A stretch of DNA of 64,000 bases, from NCBI RefSeq assembly GCF_009834535.1, contig NC_045697.1, forward strand, positions 29,328,001 to 29,392,000, given 5' to 3'. Below, in pieces: positions 53,276 through 64,000 of the stretch. Source of the DNA: Camelus ferus (taxonomy: Eukaryota). Position 1 is the stretch's first letter, and every line of letters begins with the position of its first letter. The notes below the pieces were generated by a model. It saw only the letters and a program-made list of their open reading frames with translations. It did not search any database and had not been told where the DNA came from. The translations under genes and the position numbers were made by a program.

Positions 53276-53914
53276 CGGGACCCATCTGAGACAGTGTCTG
53301 TGAAAGATGTTTTGGCCCGCGCTGCAGCAAAGGGTCTACTGGATGGGATTGAGTTGGGTAAACCTTCAAAACGGGAAAAGAAGAAGAAAAAATCAAAAAC
53401 ACCACTGCCAAAAGCTCCCACTGCTGATAATAACAGCGTCCAAATGAAAATTGCTGAGTTCCTGAGTCGAGAAACTAATGCAAATGCTAATCGGTCAGAG
53501 GCATTAACGACAAAAACGTCTCTTCCACAGAAAAATACAAATCAAGTGGGTTCTTCTCCACAGGTCAGAAAAACCAACAAACCCACCACCAATCCTTTAG
53601 CGCCTACGTTTATGAAGAACACACCTCCCGCCAGACCCTATGAACGGCTGACAAACTTTGTGAGACCTCGCCCAGAAGATAGAATGATTGCACTGAAACC
53701 CATAGAGATTGTTTTGCCTCCAGTAATGTTGCCATTTTCAAGTTCCCAAGGGATCAGGTCTCATGTACCAACTCAACAGTTTTACTGTCGTTGGGTTGGG
53801 CCCAAGACTGTCATGCCTGGCTATCTTTCCACACCATCAGTACCCAGAAGTGGGGAAAAGCCTAAAGATAACTTACCTTCCTCTCTACCCAGACGTCCTC
53901 AACCATGGCTTTGA
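53276..53914 (+). CDS. NSUN7: NSUN7 last coding exon (basic, Pro-rich C-terminal tail)
   Basis: ttatag|CGG; RDPSETVSVKDVLARAAAKGLLDG...RRPQPWL, TGA at 53912-53914. The joined CDS is 2178 nt with no internal stops. Confidence 0.96.
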   Translation, partial: RDPSETVSVKDVLARAAAKGLLDGIELGKPSKREKKKKKSKTPLPKAPTADNNSVQMKIAEFLSRETNANANRSEALTTKTSLPQKNTNQVGSSPQVRKTNKPTTNPLAPTFMKNTPPARPYERLTNFVRPRPEDRMIALKPIEIVLPPVMLPFSSSQGIRSHVPTQQFYCRWVGPKTVMPGYLSTPSVPRSGEKPKDNLPSSLPRRPQPWL

Positions 53915-54957
53915 CTGTCCTGTGTGTTTTACAGGGGTCAAGAGTAGTTGAATTTTTTTTCAAAGTCTGATATTTCTCTGAAGGTTAGATATCCCTACAC
54001 AAAGTACTCATTCTTTTGGTCACTTAGTATCTTCTAAATCTGATTATTACCTTCAAGAGAATTAAGACAAATGAGAATAATGTATGTGAATTAAGCAAAG
54101 CAGAATTCAGAGATTTCAACAGCTGGGTGCTGGTCTGCTTTAGACTGTCCTTCTGTAGACTCCGTGTCTCACTCTTGTTAATTTTCAGTCGGGACTTAAG
54201 ACACTAGTTTTAAAAGAAAGCAGCAACAAGTTTTCCTGAAGGGAAACACTGTGCCTTATAACATACCCTTTTAGAAATTAATTTGTGAGGCAGTTTATTA
54301 GAAAGCATAGATACGGAAAAGGTGCTCTCACACTGACTTCAGTGCCCTTCCGTATCTAGTCAGCTGTAGTTTAACATTTCAACACTATTAAGGTTGACTT
54401 TTTTCCCTTAAACATCAAAATATTCTTTAAACAGGGGATATTATGAGCTTTTGTGATGTGACTGAGGTTGAGTCTGAGTAGGAAGAACAGGAAGTGCCAA
54501 GTTTCCAGGTGTGGGTAGTTCAAATGTCTCTTCACAGAGTGAAGACTGTTTCTCATTGGAAGAGCTTCCAGGATCCAGGGCAGATTGAACGTAAGCGCTT
54601 CCTTCTGTTTATGCCAAATACTGTTGTAAAAAAGTGACTGTAAGCAAACCTCCATCTAAATAGTAATTCTGAGGAAGAGGCAAAACTGTTGAATACAAGT
54701 GACACACCTGTTTTTGAAGAAATCTTTACAAATTTCTGATTCTATTCAAAGATCAGGTGAAATGGTCATTTCAAATGGCACACAGTAATTAAACTTGGGT
54801 AAATCATTTCTGATGTGCAATTAAAATATATGTAGCACTATTTTAATTATATTAAGTCAATTCATCTTGACTGTATTATCAGTTGCCTTCAAGAATTGGT
54901 TATGATTATCATTTCTGGGTCTATTGGCTCTTTTTCATCATGGCAACAGAAATTAAC

Positions 54958-54963
54958 ATTAAA
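54958..54963 (+). terminator. NSUN7: Candidate NSUN7 polyadenylation signal (ATTAAA)
   Basis: About 1.04 kb after the stop codon, followed by U/GU-rich 'ttttattgtttg'. Other ATTAAA hexamers at 54788 and 54820. Confidence 0.5.
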
Positions 54964-57900
54964 AAGTTACAACTATAAGTTTTATTGTTTGAAGAAATGT
55001 TCATAGACACATTCATAAACTTTGAATTTAAAGTTCTGTTTTCAGAACCTTTTATGTTGAATAGTGTTATGTAAATTCATAAATTTCAGGTGGCATGATT
55101 TTAATAGGATTTTATCCTCTTCAAGATGAATATTTAGGTCTATTTCAGCTCTAACATTCTATAATTTTCTCACTTGAAGGATAAAAAATGGTGAACTTTG
55201 TTTTAGTAGTAATACATTTTTTTAACTGAAGATTTACATTTATCAGTAAAATGTGTCAGTGAAGAAAGGAAACATGACTTTTTATAATTGAACCAGACTT
55301 CTTATTTCTAAATCCCAAAAGAATTCTCATATTAATTATGAGTCTTAAAAAACACAGAAATATTTTAAATGCTCAGCTTATTTACTGATTTCAAAAATCA
55401 GAAACTGTATAATCTTTGCTCTAAAAATTATAGTACTTTTTTTCTTATTCCCCCTCTCTGACCTGGAGTATCTCATGTCTCCGGGAGGCCAGTGCAGCTT
55501 AACTGAACTTCGTTCAGTAAAGAGCTGGTATTTTATCTCAGGAATCTTTTGTCCATTTCCTGCTGTCTTCCCTCTACCCCAGGCTGAAGAGTATTCCATT
55601 GTCCAAAAGTAGCAGGTCTGAGATTTTTATTTTCTGTAATCAGTTATAAAGAAACTAATTACTGTTATGAAATAGTTCAGGATATTTTTCTGATTTCTAT
55701 AGCAGCATGTGATTTAAGTCATGTCATAACTTTAAACACTTATTTTTAGTATCTTATAACATGAATCTTGTCAGTAAATTATTTTTCTCTTTATAAGTAT
55801 ATGGAGATTTTGAATTAAACCACTCATTCATTAAGCCTACAGTTTTCTTCTTTGAGACTCTTCTAAGAAGGGCGTGATCGATTATTTACATACTTTGGTA
55901 GAGTAAAAGGGAAAATACTTTGGATAAAAACAATATGCAAGGATTCTAATGGAGAATATTGATTGCGCTATTTTTCTTTCTTGAGCTTTTTAAAGTGCTG
56001 CAAAATTCTAAAATAATGAAATTACTGGTATTTAGGTACTCCAATAGCAAATTCAGACTTTTATCTATAATTAGTTACCATTATATAATACCTGAAACCA
56101 AATGAAATTTTTTTCCTTGAGAGTAACTGCCTTTGATAGAGTAAAATAGATAAATTACTGGGGGAAATGCAAGAAGAACAGAAAATGGGTACATAACTTG
56201 AATTCTATTTGTCTTCTTCCATATGGCTAACAGTTAAACTAAACCAGATTCAACTGATTTGTTTTTCTAGTTACCTTTCATTTGGATTTAATCCCTGTAC
56301 AACTCTTTCATTCTTTGATACCAGGTTCTTAAAGGAAAGACAGACTATCTTCCTATTAGAAAAAGCACTTGTACAAGTGTCAAGTTGGTGACTGAATAGG
56401 CCTCTACGTCCACAATGCCAGCTGTCCTTCCTGAGTACCAAGTAAGGGCAGTGTGATGTATTATTCAAAATTTAAAGTTTGTTTCTAGTTCTTACCAGGT
56501 GGTGCTATGCAATAACTAGTCAAAGCAGAACCTTACTTACTAAAATGATTTTTAATTTGAGGCAAGAATAATTTGAAAATAAAATGACTGGTGTGGAGAC
56601 ACTAAGCTTTTATTTCTATTTCTGGATACGTATGACTGAGATGTCAGATAAATGAGCCAAACGTTTTATGCAGCTAATTTTATTCTCACAACATGTTACA
56701 TTTAAATGTGTAAAAGTGGTCACTAGCAAAAGGGGCAGAGAGCAAAACCAGATGTTCTTTTGGGATAAACGAGCTGCTCTGGATGGCAGGGAGTGCACTG
56801 GCTGATAAAGGGGGAGCATATCTTCTCCCTGAAGTTGAAATAAATTAAACTTCGTGTGACTGGCTGCCTAACACACATGGTAGCTGTGTATTGGGTTAAC
56901 TATGCCTGGCAAACTAGAGAACTAATGGTTTTACTAGTTAGGTTGTGCTCATATCAGTAAGGGAAATGTTTCTCACATTGCTTATGAAATCTTGAATTTG
57001 TGTTGCAATGCTTATGAAATAAGTGTATCATATAAGAAAAGGAGGAAGGATTTAGTGCTTCTGGTAAATGACCTTGTGTAGAATCAATCATTGTACAAAT
57101 GTTTGTCATAAAATCATAAAGTGGAATTTTTAAAAAAAGTAGCAGTGCCAACAGTTTATCACCAAAAACTTATTTTAATGGAAATGGGTCTGATGGCCCT
57201 TCATGCAGTAAGACAGACACAAACAAAAACAATGGTCCTTGTTAGCTATTGGTGATCTATATCCAGGTGGAAACAAAGGGCATGTGGACATGTGTCTGTC
57301 TCTTAGATGAGCTTACACGTGTTGTGAAGGATATAAAAACTAAGCACCAAGCAGTGCTTTAAGTTTGCAAAGTAAAGTGTTTAGCCATAGGCATGTTGGC
57401 TATTGCCCTTGATGTGGCCAAGGAGCACGTAGATGAGGTGGCAAGTCTGCGTCTACCTAGCTGCTTTTAAAAAATAAAAGGAACTTTAAGTATTTGGCCT
57501 TTTCGTCTACATATTCCAATAAAAATGTGACTACAAATCATTACAAAACCACCTTTTAGGCAATGTATAGTTCACTGAGATTACTGAGACCTGGATACAT
57601 TGTCAGGTAATATCCAGTAAAGATAATACATTAACACAATTATGCAGTATATTTCAGTAAAAAATAGAATAAATAAAATAAAATATTTTAAGCTGTATTT
57701 AACAGGTTAATTAAAAAAATGATAAGACATACAAGGCATAGTGAACATGGCTGCCTGCTTACCAAATCACAGATACAAAGAATGCATAGATAACCGAAGT
57801 GTCACTACAATATCATCAGGTAAAACACTGGCATCCTTTCACAGAAAATACACACATACTTTCATACATACTTTTTGGCCATGGCAGAAAGTGTCTGAAC

Positions 57901-60406
57901 ATACGGTTTAACATAATTAATTTTACAAAATTAATTGCCTTTAGTATGCAAAGCTATTTTTAAAACAAAATATCTGCAGTAAAGTTTTCAATACGTAAAG
58001 GCTATCATTCATCTTAATGCATCCTATAATTGCATATATAAATCAGTTTGCTACTTAAAGCTAGCTCAGTATTCTTGATCCTGAAAACAAATGTATGCCT
58101 TAAAAAAATGAATGGGGTTCTGGTAGAGATTCCCAATACAAAAATGGATCACTTGTTCAGAATTTTGAAGCTTATCACACTAAAATGTTTCACTGTGGAG
58201 AGCAAGATGAAAGATCATGACGACTGAATGTTGAACAGCTTTTCAAAGGGCAAAGTAAGGATTTTCTTAATGCAGTAACTTCTCATGGTATCATTGGTTA
58301 CTTCAGAAGAACAGTATGTAGGCTGGTGAGAAGTATAATTCATTTCTAGAGTGGCATCTTTTTTGTCAGAACACAAGGGTGCTAGCAAACAATTCCAGAA
58401 TTCTGAGAGGCAACAGAGGTGGGAGGCCACCTGCTCATTCCATCATGTTCTCTGGTGGCTAAGTTTCAGGAGTTAGGAGTCTCTCTACCACAGGACCATC
58501 ATCTCTGGACAATCTCGTGGACTGGACAGGCTGTAATGCATGTAGAATCCTGTCCTTTACAACACATTTGAGGCACACTATAGGAAAACACTCCTGGACT
58601 GAGAGAGGGCAATGGTTTTATAATGAATACCTGCGTGAGTAATTTGGACATATTTCCCACTTATACAGGGAGTCCTAAGATTGCCCGACAATAATTAATT
58701 GGATATGCCCAGAGTAATTCTGCAAAGATTCCTCCTGACTGGTGTGGAAGCAGTGTGATTTAAAACTGGGAGTTGAGAAGCATGGGTCCTAGTCCTGGTT
58801 TTCTCACGAACTTCTGTGAGATCTTAGGCTAAGTGATTGAACCTCTTGGTAATTCGTAATATTTTTTATTTCTCACATATGTTTAGTATCTTCTCTACTG
58901 TATAAGGCTCAACTGTGATGATAAGAATGTAGAAACCATTTCACAAGTACACAACAGTAGATAAACAAAGCGTTACTGTTATAACTGGATGTTATAAATG
59001 ATAATTTCATCATTGAAAAGTAAATAGAACTAATGCTTTGAGCTTAGCAACTTCTTTTTAAAACAAGTGTCAACAAGTGTATCTTTACAGCTAAGTTTCT
59101 CATCTATAGATAGAGAAGCAGGAGAGTGCTATTTGGGGGAGACTTGTTAAATAGTCCATTGTTCCCGTGTATATTTTGCTCCAATATGAAATTTTTTAAT
59201 CTTGAAAATAAATGGAAACAATATAAATTTAAAAATATATCTAGAGTCCAACAAATTTTAATATTAAATACATAAATTCAGAAAGGCTCAATTTTGTGTA
59301 ATTTGTTGCCATGGACAATACATGATGGACAGACAGCTTTCTGGGCAAAAAGCATTCGGGTAAGATTAAGCTAGAAGCAGAATTCTAGCAGAACATTTAT
59401 TTAGGAGGTGGGAAACAACATAACGTGGTGGTGGAGGTCTAAAATATAAATGACATTTCCTCAACTCCAAATTGCATATCGGCTAATTATCAAACTAAGG
59501 ATGAAAGGCTTATGAGGACTATTTCATTTTAATGTTCTTTATGTAGAGAATGGCCATAGTGAACTATAATTCTCTAGCTGCATTGTACAATATAAGGCAG
59601 AAGTTTGAAATAGGTCCCACCCAAAATGCATTATGATTTTGTCAATCTCTTTCTTTTTGTTAATAATCAGTTTGAAAAGCATCTGAAAAGAAAGGCTATT
59701 TTTGTTTGATTTTAATTTCTGAAATTTAGTTTTTCAATTTTGAAGCTTCACTTTTGTTTTTTTCCAACATCCCACAAACAGCTGTAGACATGAAATGGTG
59801 GTGTCCATGTGTCAAAGAGCTTGTCAAGGAAAGCTGCCAGTTGGTTTCTATACTGATGCCAACAGCCAATTTTGTCAACCAAAGTTTCAATTTTATGAAA
59901 AACTAAAACAAAAATTCGTCATCCTATTTTTACAGCAATTCAATGGTTTCTGTTATGCAGTGTCTACTCCAATGTTGAAAACAAGGCAAAGTGCTGTAGG
60001 ACTTAAAAGTTGCTTGTGACAGATCCAGTCAAGAAGACAGTGAATCTAATAACTCAGGCATCATTCACTCCAAGCACTCAGCATCAGTTCACTGGGAGGG
60101 GCGTGGCCACATCCTTCCCCGTGTGCGTGTGGAGTTATGTGACGGTCACGATATTTACAATCAGAAAGACCTTCCACTGCTCATGATGTAACTTACTGAC
60201 AGCAAAAAAAATTATTCATGCTTCTTTTCATATCACACGATGGTGGCAAGACGAGAGAACATGCTTGTCTAACACTGTTTGGTTAAGGATAAATTCTCCA
60301 AAGACAAAGCATCAGCAACTGAACGGAAGGCCGGAGATAAGTTCCTCCTCTTTAGTGTAGCTGTTCAATCTCCAGTAGATATCACAGCATCCTTTCACAT
60401 ATGCAG
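54960..60406 (-). other. APBB2: APBB2 long 3' UTR (inferred extent)
   Basis: Follows the APBB2 stop codon, is repeat-poor and AT-rich, and has several AATAAA on the - strand. The distal end is inferred. Confidence 0.6.
54981..54986 (-). terminator. APBB2: Candidate distal APBB2 polyadenylation signal (AATAAA)
   Basis: tttatt on the + strand. Downstream on the - strand lies U/GU-rich 'tttttaatgttaatttctgttg'. Confidence 0.55.
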
Positions 60407-60574
60407 CTATGGCGTTTCTGTGACAGGGCGTTTCTGTTTCAAAGTGTCAATGAGGGACAAGACCCCCCGTTTTACATTGGTTGTGACTCTTCTGGTCACT
60501 GAGTCTGCTGGCGGAGGAGGCGGTCGGACTTTCTGTGAAGGTGGCCTGGCTACCAAGCACTTCTGGTATCGTAA
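60407..60574 (-). CDS. APBB2: APBB2 (FE65-like 1) last coding exon
   Basis: On the - strand: ccttatttcag|TTA CGA TAC...; LRYQKCLVARPPSQKVRPPPPPADSVTRRVTTNVKRGVLSLIDTLKQKRPVTETP*, matching the recalled APBB2 C-terminus. Absent from the ORF track. Upstream exons lie beyond the window. Confidence 0.95.
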   Translation of the reverse strand, partial: LRYQKCLVARPPSQKVRPPPPPADSVTRRVTTNVKRGVLSLIDTLKQKRPVTETP

Positions 60575-60959
60575 CTGAAATAAGGCAGAACAGTTTTATG
60601 GTCGTTAATATCCCTTCTTGTTTAACGTGATTTTAATTCATCACCAGTATATTTACTCCCAAAGGTTAATGAACTGGCTCCTAAACATGAATTGAAAAGA
60701 GTTTACTATTTTTTTTTCTTAATGTGGAGTATTTTAAATTCTCTTAAAAGACCGTTATGCTCGACAAAGCTGTTTTGGCTTTTGCTATCTTTTTCTCCCA
60801 TCCATTTCCACCCTCTGCTTGTTCTCTATATTGATAGACTGCGATTAATATACTTCATAGTCAAAGAGCTAATAAGGAAAAGACAAAGGATTGGGAGAGA
60901 TATTATTAATTAAATCTTTCCTCAGAGACAAGTACATAAAGTATGTGCTCACAGCTGAT

Positions 60960-61180
60960 TGAGAGACAGCATGGTAGAAAGGGCAGAATTTGAATCTAGG
61001 CTCTACCACTTGGGAACTATATGACGCTGGGCAAGTTATTACACCTCTCTGAGCCTCAGTTTCTTCATTTGTAAAATGGTTGAAGAACAGGGACCTTAAG
61101 AGTGTTAGGATTAAGGAACACTTGCAGAATGCCTAACATAGGCCTACCAACACAGAAGGCATTCATAAATGTTTCCTTTT
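60960..61180 (+). mobile_element. MIR SINE in the last APBB2 intron
   Basis: 'gggcaagttattacacctctctgagcctcagtttcttcatttgtaaaatgg' core. Another MIR-like copy lies at ~63680-63880. Confidence 0.85.
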
Positions 61181-64000
61181 CTATTTCCTGCTTTAATTTT
61201 AAAAAACTATGTATTGAGATTTCAAGATACATTTTATTTACAAGTCTAAGTTTTAATGGATTAATTTTTAAAAATCCATTAGCACTGGTGCCACGGACAG
61301 TTTCTGCCCTTCAGAAACATAATGACCCAATCACCTGCTTTTGTATCAATGAAAAGATAAGTAATTCTTCAAAACTAGGTTAAAAGGGTAATATGTACCA
61401 AACATTTTCCCCTAATCCAAGCACTTTAAAATAATTCCATGGCTGATTTTTAAAAACCTACTTAAATACGAATGAGTTCCTTAAAACAACTGTGAAACAC
61501 ACTGATGTTCCTCCGAGAGTAGAAACTATCCTACAGCAAGACTGTCACAATGCGCTCTGTCATAGCCCACAGGCCACAAAATTAGCCCCTTTCAACCCAA
61601 TCGTATGAAAAATCGACCAGTTTGTCTCCTGTGTGTAAAATACATTGCTGGGTCTGCGTCACAACCAAACTACAAACTTCCAAAGCACAGACTGATAAAT
61701 GGACAGGCATGGCAATGTGGTACGCTGAACTGGGAGTTTCTACTGTTGGTTAAGTTACATCCAGTGAATCAAAATTGTGCCTGATAAATTATTTCATTAA
61801 GAGGACCCCTGTCTCACTCTAAATTTCATCAAAATATTTTCAGCTGGGCCTATACCACACAGCTGCAAAATATGCCTAAAAATTAAGTAGACTCAAAAGA
61901 ATGTGTTAACACTAGAGATTATTTCAGATTATATTAAATTCATACATAGATATTTCAGATGGAGACTCATGCAGATTTGAATCAAGAGGAAAGCCGCTGA
62001 GCTAGAAATGCTGGCTGCAGAGTGTAAAGAAAGGTTTGATTTTATCAGTATGCCTGACACTGGACTGGCTGAGTCATTTCAGCTGGTTGCTGTGATATAA
62101 TAAAAATAGTAAGCAAGCGAGTAAAAACTGTTTCTAGGAGAGGAGATGAGTCTGGGAATGAGAACAAACTGTAACCAGTAATAAAGCTAATTATTTAATT
62201 GTCCTCAGCATTTAAAATGTATAATTAAGGCTGAAAGCCATTCATTTTATGACTAAAACCATCTGTTCTGATCCTTCTCCATTTCATGAAATACCTAAAC
62301 AGTCATCATCCACTTTTGCTTGGCCAGACTCTCCCGCTTTCTATTTTCTTCGCACAGTCCTTTCATCCCATCTCAACCTCCTGTGCGTGGTCAGGAGGTT
62401 CACCTTGACTCTCCCACCCAGCTCCCCTCCACCCAGCCCTGGTCCTTTTACACAGGTGGATTTGCGTCAGAGCCCTGGCCCCATGGTACCCGAGGGGAAA
62501 CTGCTCTAACAAGGGACTTGGGTGAGAATGAAGTCAGGTAATAAATGCACAGCACAGGGCTTCTCTCCCCGCTTTTCCCATCTCCAGTTCAAAGATGGCT
62601 TTTAAGATAAAAGCCAATTGGCTCTCTTCTTGTCCCCCACCTCTGCCTCTGCCATCCAGCTCATCCTTCCCCCCTCTTTCTTAACCTAGCAACGTACTGT
62701 CTGTGACGAAACAGAGACTGCCCTTAACTCCACCTGTTCCTGAACGCACGGCATCTTCTGTCCAGTCTCAAAGTCACTAACCAATCAGCAGGCTAAGCCC
62801 AACCCCAGGCTCTTCATCTACCATCAGGACCTTGGACCAACTGTAAATGTGACCCCCATTCCAATCCAGCTTCACTGGTTCTCCTCCCTCAGCCTCAAAA
62901 TTGTGTGACTCTCCCCGGTCCCCAAACAAACGAGCAAGGGCCCCAAGGGTGTGCCTCAAGCCACTCCTTCACCTCAGGCCTGGTGTGTGATCTATTTTCA
63001 GGGCCCCTTTCCTCCCAGTTACTCCTCCATCCACTGCAGTCTTACACTTTCACTGAGAGTACTTTCTATGCCATAACAGAAATTGGGTTTAACGTGTTTC
63101 CTCCATATACCCAAACTCTGTAAGGCAAGGACCATGTCTTAGTCCCACTTGAACTTCCCAGAGTCTGGCCCATAAACAGTGGAGTGAATTAACTGAAGTG
63201 CAGGTGCTTCAAATCCAGCACTCCTCACCCCTAGCCAGGTGCCTCCATCACCTGCTCCTGTTTCTTCCCACTGCCACTCCTGGTTCAGACGCAGCTCTCC
63301 CCTGGAGCAGTAAACTGGCCTTCTGGCCTGTCTCCCCACTTCAGCCTTGTCTTTTCAACCCTCCTCTGCTTTGTTTTCTCCATTTTTTTTTTTAAAAAGA
63401 GTATGCTTTTGAAACCTAACTTGGTCTATTCACTCTTCTGCTTAAACAATCTTTGCTGAAGATAACACCTTGGCGTGAGGTCACAGGCCCTACAAGACAT
63501 GGGCCTCGCCTCCAACTACACCTGCTATTGCTAGAATACACCATGCAGCCCAGGTCTGGATGCCTGCATTTATACAGCTCCCTCCTTACTGGAACTCTGC
63601 CAGTACCCAGAATAATAGGAGCTCAAGGGACAGTTGCAGAATGACTGATGAGGTGTTTTTGTTTGAAATCATATACGTGGCCCAAAGGGCCCTGGCTTTG
63701 TTGCCTGGAGACCTGGGGATGAACGCAGGCTCTATCCCTTACCAGCCCTGCCCTGGGGCCCGTCCTTTTCCGGAGCTTCTGTTTCCTCATAAATAAAAGA
63801 GGTCTGCCTAACCGGGCTGTGGTAAGAACTGCATTCACAGACATAAAGTAAACCAAGTATGTAAGAACAATGCACTTAAACCAACTATCTGAAATAAAAA
63901 TCATCCAATACACTGAATTTTTTTAAAAGTACTGAGTTGGTTCCAAAGAGCAAAAAACTCACGCATGACCAGCATTTCCTGATCACATATTGAAATTAGG

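Noticed and set aside
33278..59080. Several 10-12 bp direct duplications (33278, 44511, 45478, 59063) and mono/dinucleotide runs
   Set aside because: Ordinary slippage products; no array structure such as CRISPR or a satellite.
59305..59318. Second X-box-like sequence gttgccatggacaa
   Set aside because: The second half-site is broken and it lies in a 3' UTR without promoter context.
60279..60578. 99-aa + strand ORF with a GGGGG run
   Set aside because: Antisense shadow of the APBB2 coding exon (PPPPP).

Overview
Mammalian genomic DNA, most likely a camelid, judging from two tRNA-Ala-derived Vic-1-type SINEs. The window holds the complete NSUN7 gene on the + strand: a CpG-island promoter at ~21.3-22.7 kb and 11 coding exons from 22339 to 53914. 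All introns are GT-AG and phase-consistent, giving 2178 nt or 725 aa. Converging on it from the - strand is the last coding exon of APBB2 (FE65L1; 60407-60574) with its ~5.4 kb 3' UTR. The rest is mostly transposable elements: a young 5'-truncated L1 with a perfect 13-bp TSD, several rearranged L1s, MaLR/ERVL LTRs, hAT elements, MIR/L2 and SINEs. I found no convincing previously undescribed biological system. The observations most worth checking are interlocked head-on poly(A) signals between NSUN7 and APBB2, a 15-codon uORF in the NSUN7 leader, an RFX X-box in its promoter, degenerate methyltransferase motifs, and several informative L1 junctions. Repeat family names and boundaries are from recall and approximate; exon boundaries were read base by base.
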